Virus record (IMG/VR): IMGVR_UViG_3300042863_000477 | Span: 1 to 29,568 of that record | Reading direction: 5' to 3' (one strand) | DNA: 29,568 bases | Origin: a virus | Lineage: Duplodnaviria; Caudoviricetes | Shown here: positions 26,061-29,568 of the stretch, piece after piece | How positions within the stretch are numbered: the first letter of the stretch is position 1 | Layout: every line of letters begins with the position of its first letter | Notes under the pieces: model-generated | Told to the model about the DNA's origin: nothing | Databases searched by the model: none | Seen by the model: the letters and a program-made list of their open reading frames with translations, nothing else | Translations under genes and position numbers: made by a program

Positions 26061-26089
26061 TAATTGACCTAGAAAAAGGAGAATATAAG

Positions 26090-26485
26090 ATGTCATTTGA
26101 CACCCTAAAGGTAGCAGAACTAAAGAAAATTGCAGAGGACTTTGCAGTTGAAACAACAAGCTTAAAGAATAAAAACGATATTATTGCAGCCCTAACAGAA
26201 GAAGGCGTGACCTGGGCGGTATATGAGCAAACAGTTAAAAAGATTGAAGAAGAAGCAGAAGAGATTGAAGTAACGCCTAGATTCGATAAAAACCAGAAGA
26301 TTACTGAAGATATGATTCTTGTTAGAATGACTAGAAATAACTTCCGCTATGATATTATGGGACACACATTCACAAAAGATCACCCATTTGTAGCAATGTC
26401 TTCGGACAAGGCTCAAGCGATCTTTGATAAAGAGGAGGGTTTTAGACCAGCTACACCAAAGGAAGCTCAAGACTTCTATAGCTAA
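26090..26485 (+). CDS. Small protein with an N-terminal Rho-N/HeH (SAP-like) domain
   Basis: FDTLKVAELKKIAEDFAVETTSLKNKNDIIAAL. Confidence 0.65.
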   Translation: MSFDTLKVAELKKIAEDFAVETTSLKNKNDIIAALTEEGVTWAVYEQTVKKIEEEAEEIEVTPRFDKNQKITEDMILVRMTRNNFRYDIMGHTFTKDHPFVAMSSDKAQAIFDKEEGFRPATPKEAQDFYS

Positions 26486-26500
26486 TCTAAAACATAAATA

Positions 26501-27490
26501 ATGGCAGAGATATACAAGGATCAAACATCACCTATCAAGACTAAAATATTTTGGGCAGGTGAAATTGTTGATGCAGATGACGATTTAGTTTCTGCCGCTA
26601 TTTACGACATAACAGAAGATAAGACAATTTCCCCATCGGTTAATCCAAATACTGTTCTTGTAACATTATCTGCGACAAAGCTTGAGACAGACATTGGTAC
26701 CTATCAAATTGTTATACCTTTTCAGTATTGTCAAAGAAATAGAAAGTTTAAGATTGTCTGGTCATATGAAGTTGGCGGAGTAGAGGCATCTCATATTTAC
26801 TATACAGATGTAGTTACTCCTTATGCAAACATGGCCGATATTCTAGAAGAGCTAAATATTGGAACAGACCCATCAGATCCAAACTATAAAACTTATCATG
26901 AGCTTCAAATGGCAGAAAAATATGCTAGAAAGCTAATTGAAGAATATTGCAATCAGTCTTTCTATCTTTATGATGATACGGAAATTGCATATGGCTCTGG
27001 TTCAGACGTACTAGCTCTTCCATATAGAATACATCAAATACATAAGCTTTATGAAAATGACGTTCTTGTTGTAGATAATATTAATTCAGAGAATAACTGG
27101 ATATTCGAACCAGTAATTTCTGAATCTAATTTTGGAATTAGAGTAAACAGGCAAGACTTATTAGATAATGTAACTTATACAGCTAACGGATTAATTCCTC
27201 CATCAATTAATGATAGAGGATATTCAGGAGCATTTAGAGAAGATTTTAGATATGTTGTATCTGGAAGATTTGGCTGGCCAACAGTACCAGACAATGTTCA
27301 AGAGGCATCCTTAATTTTAATTCAGCAGTATTTTGACAGAGATACTGCATGGAGAAACAAATACGTTAAGAGTATAAGCACCTTCGACTGGAAGTTTGAT
27401 TATATGGGAGGTGCCCATACTGGAACTGGAAATCTTTATGCAGATAAGCTTTTGGATGCATATGTAATTAGTGGAATGGCGACATTCTAA
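26501..27490 (+). CDS. Head-to-tail adaptor (connector) with an extra N-terminal beta domain
   Basis: AEKYARKLIEEYCNQSF, VSGRFGWPTVPDNVQEASLIL, TGNLYADKLLDAY; synteny. Confidence 0.7.
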   Translation: MAEIYKDQTSPIKTKIFWAGEIVDADDDLVSAAIYDITEDKTISPSVNPNTVLVTLSATKLETDIGTYQIVIPFQYCQRNRKFKIVWSYEVGGVEASHIYYTDVVTPYANMADILEELNIGTDPSDPNYKTYHELQMAEKYARKLIEEYCNQSFYLYDDTEIAYGSGSDVLALPYRIHQIHKLYENDVLVVDNINSENNWIFEPVISESNFGIRVNRQDLLDNVTYTANGLIPPSINDRGYSGAFREDFRYVVSGRFGWPTVPDNVQEASLILIQQYFDRDTAWRNKYVKSISTFDWKFDYMGGAHTGTGNLYADKLLDAYVISGMATF

Positions 27491-27491
27491 A

Positions 27492-27917
27492 ATGGATATA
27501 ATTTCATCAGTGTTGCCAATGCTGCTAGACGTTTACGTTCAAGCAGATACTCAAGATCCAGATACTGGTGCAATTGTAAAAGAGTTTCAATATAGAGCCA
27601 CATTAAGCTGTCATGCAAAGGGAATTATTAGTAACTCCGCAACAGCAAGAAGTGGTGATAGACAGGTTATAGCTAATAAATATTCTAACGAGCAGATGAT
27701 TCAAATTAGAACCATAGAAAAGTTAAATCTTAGACATAAGCTTACAGCAATCAGAGATAAGAATAATAACTATATATGGAAAGAGCTAAACTATCCAACA
27801 GAGTCACCAACCGTATTCGAGGTTATTGGAGTTACTCCTATGCTTGATCCATTTGGAACAATTGTTGGATACAGCACCGTAGCTAAAAGATCGGAGAATC
27901 AGGCAATTGGAGTCTAA
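27492..27917 (+). CDS. Putative head closure/head-tail stopper protein
   Basis: Start reassigned to ATG 27492. QDPDTGAIVKEF, FEVIGVTPMLDPFG; size and synteny. Confidence 0.6.
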   Translation: MDIISSVLPMLLDVYVQADTQDPDTGAIVKEFQYRATLSCHAKGIISNSATARSGDRQVIANKYSNEQMIQIRTIEKLNLRHKLTAIRDKNNNYIWKELNYPTESPTVFEVIGVTPMLDPFGTIVGYSTVAKRSENQAIGV

Positions 27918-28686
27918 TGCAGCATTAGTATCTGTAGCCAGTGGATTAGAAAGATTAATGACTGGATCAAATACTTCCATCTTTAAAGACTCAACCGTTG
28001 CACAAATCTCTGCTACTGTTTATTATCAAGCTCAGGTTATGGCAAAATTAACATCAAATAAGAATTTTCAGAATAAATTTAACACAGTAATATTTAAACA
28101 AATAGAGGAAGACTTCGGTGCATATATAGACGCCAAGGCAAGAACGTCACCATTAGCACTACACCATGTTTATGAGTGGAAGAAAACTGGAAATCCAGGA
28201 TCAAGACTATTTGAAATAAATAAGTTATCACAGGATGGATTGTCATTTAAGATTGGATATTCTTTTAAATTATCTAAATCAATGGTTCCAACAAGTAAGG
28301 GTAATCACAGACATGTATTTGCAAATAAAGCATCTGTTATGGAAGCTGGAATGCCCGTCATAATCCGCCCAAGGTCATCTGAGCGACTTGTATTCGATGT
28401 TGATGGTTCTACTGTCTTTATGCCCAAAGGGGCTTCAGTGACCGTTACAAAGCCTGGAGGGGTTAGAGTAAAAGATACCTTCGCAGTATCATATAAACAT
28501 TTCTTTACAGGCAATTTAGTTAATTTATCAATCAAGAAATCTGGATTTCAAAGAATGTTTAATAGTTCAATTAGTAAAGCATTAAGTATCCCAATTGATA
28601 TTAAGAGAGTTAAATATTCATTTTCTCCTAATACAGTCAGAGGGCAAGCAGACTTTGCTTTAACTTCAGCATTTGGAGGTGCATAA
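27907..28686 (+). CDS. Putative neck/tail-completion protein (basic), TTG start
   Basis: Long ORF between the stopper and terminator genes; SD GGAG upstream. Confidence 0.5.
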   Translation: MESNAALVSVASGLERLMTGSNTSIFKDSTVAQISATVYYQAQVMAKLTSNKNFQNKFNTVIFKQIEEDFGAYIDAKARTSPLALHHVYEWKKTGNPGSRLFEINKLSQDGLSFKIGYSFKLSKSMVPTSKGNHRHVFANKASVMEAGMPVIIRPRSSERLVFDVDGSTVFMPKGASVTVTKPGGVRVKDTFAVSYKHFFTGNLVNLSIKKSGFQRMFNSSISKALSIPIDIKRVKYSFSPNTVRGQADFALTSAFGGA

Positions 28687-29195
28687 TGGTTAATTATAAA
28701 TTAGACGCAATGCTTGAATTACGAAAGTACATTTGGAAGCGGCTAAAAGATACAGAAATATTTAATGAGGATGATTACTATAGCGATAATATAGGAGAGA
28801 TTACAGTTCCTATTATTCCCGTCCAGCAATTACCTGAGTTAAATCAATTCTTGAGCGGCAAGAAGCATATTGTCTATGACAAGATAGGAATGTCATATGA
28901 AGACCTGTGGGCTATATGCTGTGAGCAAATCCTATTTACAGTATATTCAACAGACATATCCGATATTAATGAGATTAGAAACTTCATGGTAGATGAATTT
29001 AGAAGGGTAGATGAGTCAGCAAGAGATGTTAATAACTGGACAGGCCTGTCAGATAAATTCCAGTTCTACAGCATATTCATCGCAGACATGTCCCCAACTG
29101 AGCCATCTCAGGAAATGCAAGGATTTTTGTCAACAGACATAATCTTAGAAATTAAGTATTCTAGATCTGCAGGAGCAGACGGCAGGTTCATTTAG
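28686..29195 (+). CDS. Putative tail terminator protein
   Basis: Acidic 169-aa ORF immediately before the major tail gene; TAATG coupling. Confidence 0.55.
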   Translation: MVNYKLDAMLELRKYIWKRLKDTEIFNEDDYYSDNIGEITVPIIPVQQLPELNQFLSGKKHIVYDKIGMSYEDLWAICCEQILFTVYSTDISDINEIRNFMVDEFRRVDESARDVNNWTGLSDKFQFYSIFIADMSPTEPSQEMQGFLSTDIILEIKYSRSAGADGRFI

Positions 29196-29196
29196 T

Positions 29197-29225
29197 TTGC
29201 CTTTTTACCCAAAAAGGCCTATTAT
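29197..29225 (+). promoter_or_regulatory. Promoter TTGCCT-17-TATTAT overlapped by the palindrome GCCTTTTT-accc-AAAAAGGC
   Basis: Shares the 12-mer TTTGCCTTTTTA with the protease/capsid promoter. Confidence 0.6.
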
Positions 29226-29302
29226 TATACCAAGAGGAAAGACAGCCTAGCCAGCTTTGATAGATTTTATTTATGATTTTGAAATAACAGGAGGTAAAAA
29301 AT

Positions 29303-29568
29303 ATGGCAATTTCAGCGCCAAATAACGCAAAGAATATTATCGTTGGTGCATCACCACTATTCCTTAGCGTTGCAACAACAGGAGACTCTTCACTGGACCC
29401 AACAGCGGGTTCAAATAAAGAAGCGTTTTCTTCATCAGCATCTTATACTACAACTTTAGATGCAGCAACAGCTAAGTGGAGAAATGTTGGATACACAAAC
29501 AATGGTCTTCAGATTACATACAACCCAACTTATGGAAATGTAACAGTAGATCAGCTTCTTGATAGCGC
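29303..29568 (+). CDS. Major tail (tube) protein, 5' part (runs off the window)
   Basis: SD AGGAGGT; MAISAPNNAKNIIVGASPLF...WRNVGYTNNGLQITYNPTYGNVTVDQLLDS is a siphovirus tail-tube-like N-terminus. Not in the ORF track. Confidence 0.8.
   Translation, partial: MAISAPNNAKNIIVGASPLFLSVATTGDSSLDPTAGSNKEAFSSSASYTTTLDAATAKWRNVGYTNNGLQITYNPTYGNVTVDQLLDS

Noticed and set aside
1361-27491. ORF-track starts at 1361, 3712, 7276, 23569 and 27471
   Set aside because: Downstream ATGs (1376, 3763, 7285, 23605, 27492) fit TAATG coupling, promoters, non-overlap or paralogue alignment better.
1-29568. Stop-codon reassignment
   Set aside because: TAA, TAG (665, 5205, 29195) and TGA (17416) all end genes at sensible boundaries, and coding density is high under code 11.
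1-29568. tRNA, rRNA, introns/inteins or IS elements
   Set aside because: Intergenic gaps are short with no cloverleaf; the portal, protease and capsid genes are uninterrupted; no transposase or homing endonuclease motifs seen.

Overview
This window is part of the genome of a tailed dsDNA phage (Caudoviricetes, probably a siphovirus), AT-rich by eye, with all credible genes on the + strand. Bases 1 to about 19,665 hold a large array of fibre/adhesin-like genes. There are nine paralogous glycine-rich (polyglycine-II-type) 'tip' proteins, seven carrying two fibronectin-III domains. They are interleaved with short 'stalk/adaptor' genes (two collagen-like), three small acidic chaperone-like genes and three enzyme-like genes: a beta-clip/dUTPase-like protein, a GH130/GH43-like beta-propeller and a TPR-FkbM methyltransferase fusion. 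From 19,665 to the end is a conventional morphogenesis block: LamG protein, hypothetical, portal, HK97-type prohead protease with a nested scaffold, major capsid, Rho-N/HeH protein, head-tail adaptors, tail terminator and the start of the major tail protein. Sigma70/SigA-like promoters sit 6-8 nt upstream of several ATGs, suggesting leaderless mRNAs and possibly an actinobacterial host (inference). The most interesting signals are a combinatorial stalk-plus-tip fibre kit, a circular permutation of the Gly-rich domain within the array, perfect DNA blocks shared between paralogues, and a possible fibre glycan-modification module beside proline-poor Thr/Gln collagens. All product calls come from motif recognition; no database search was run.
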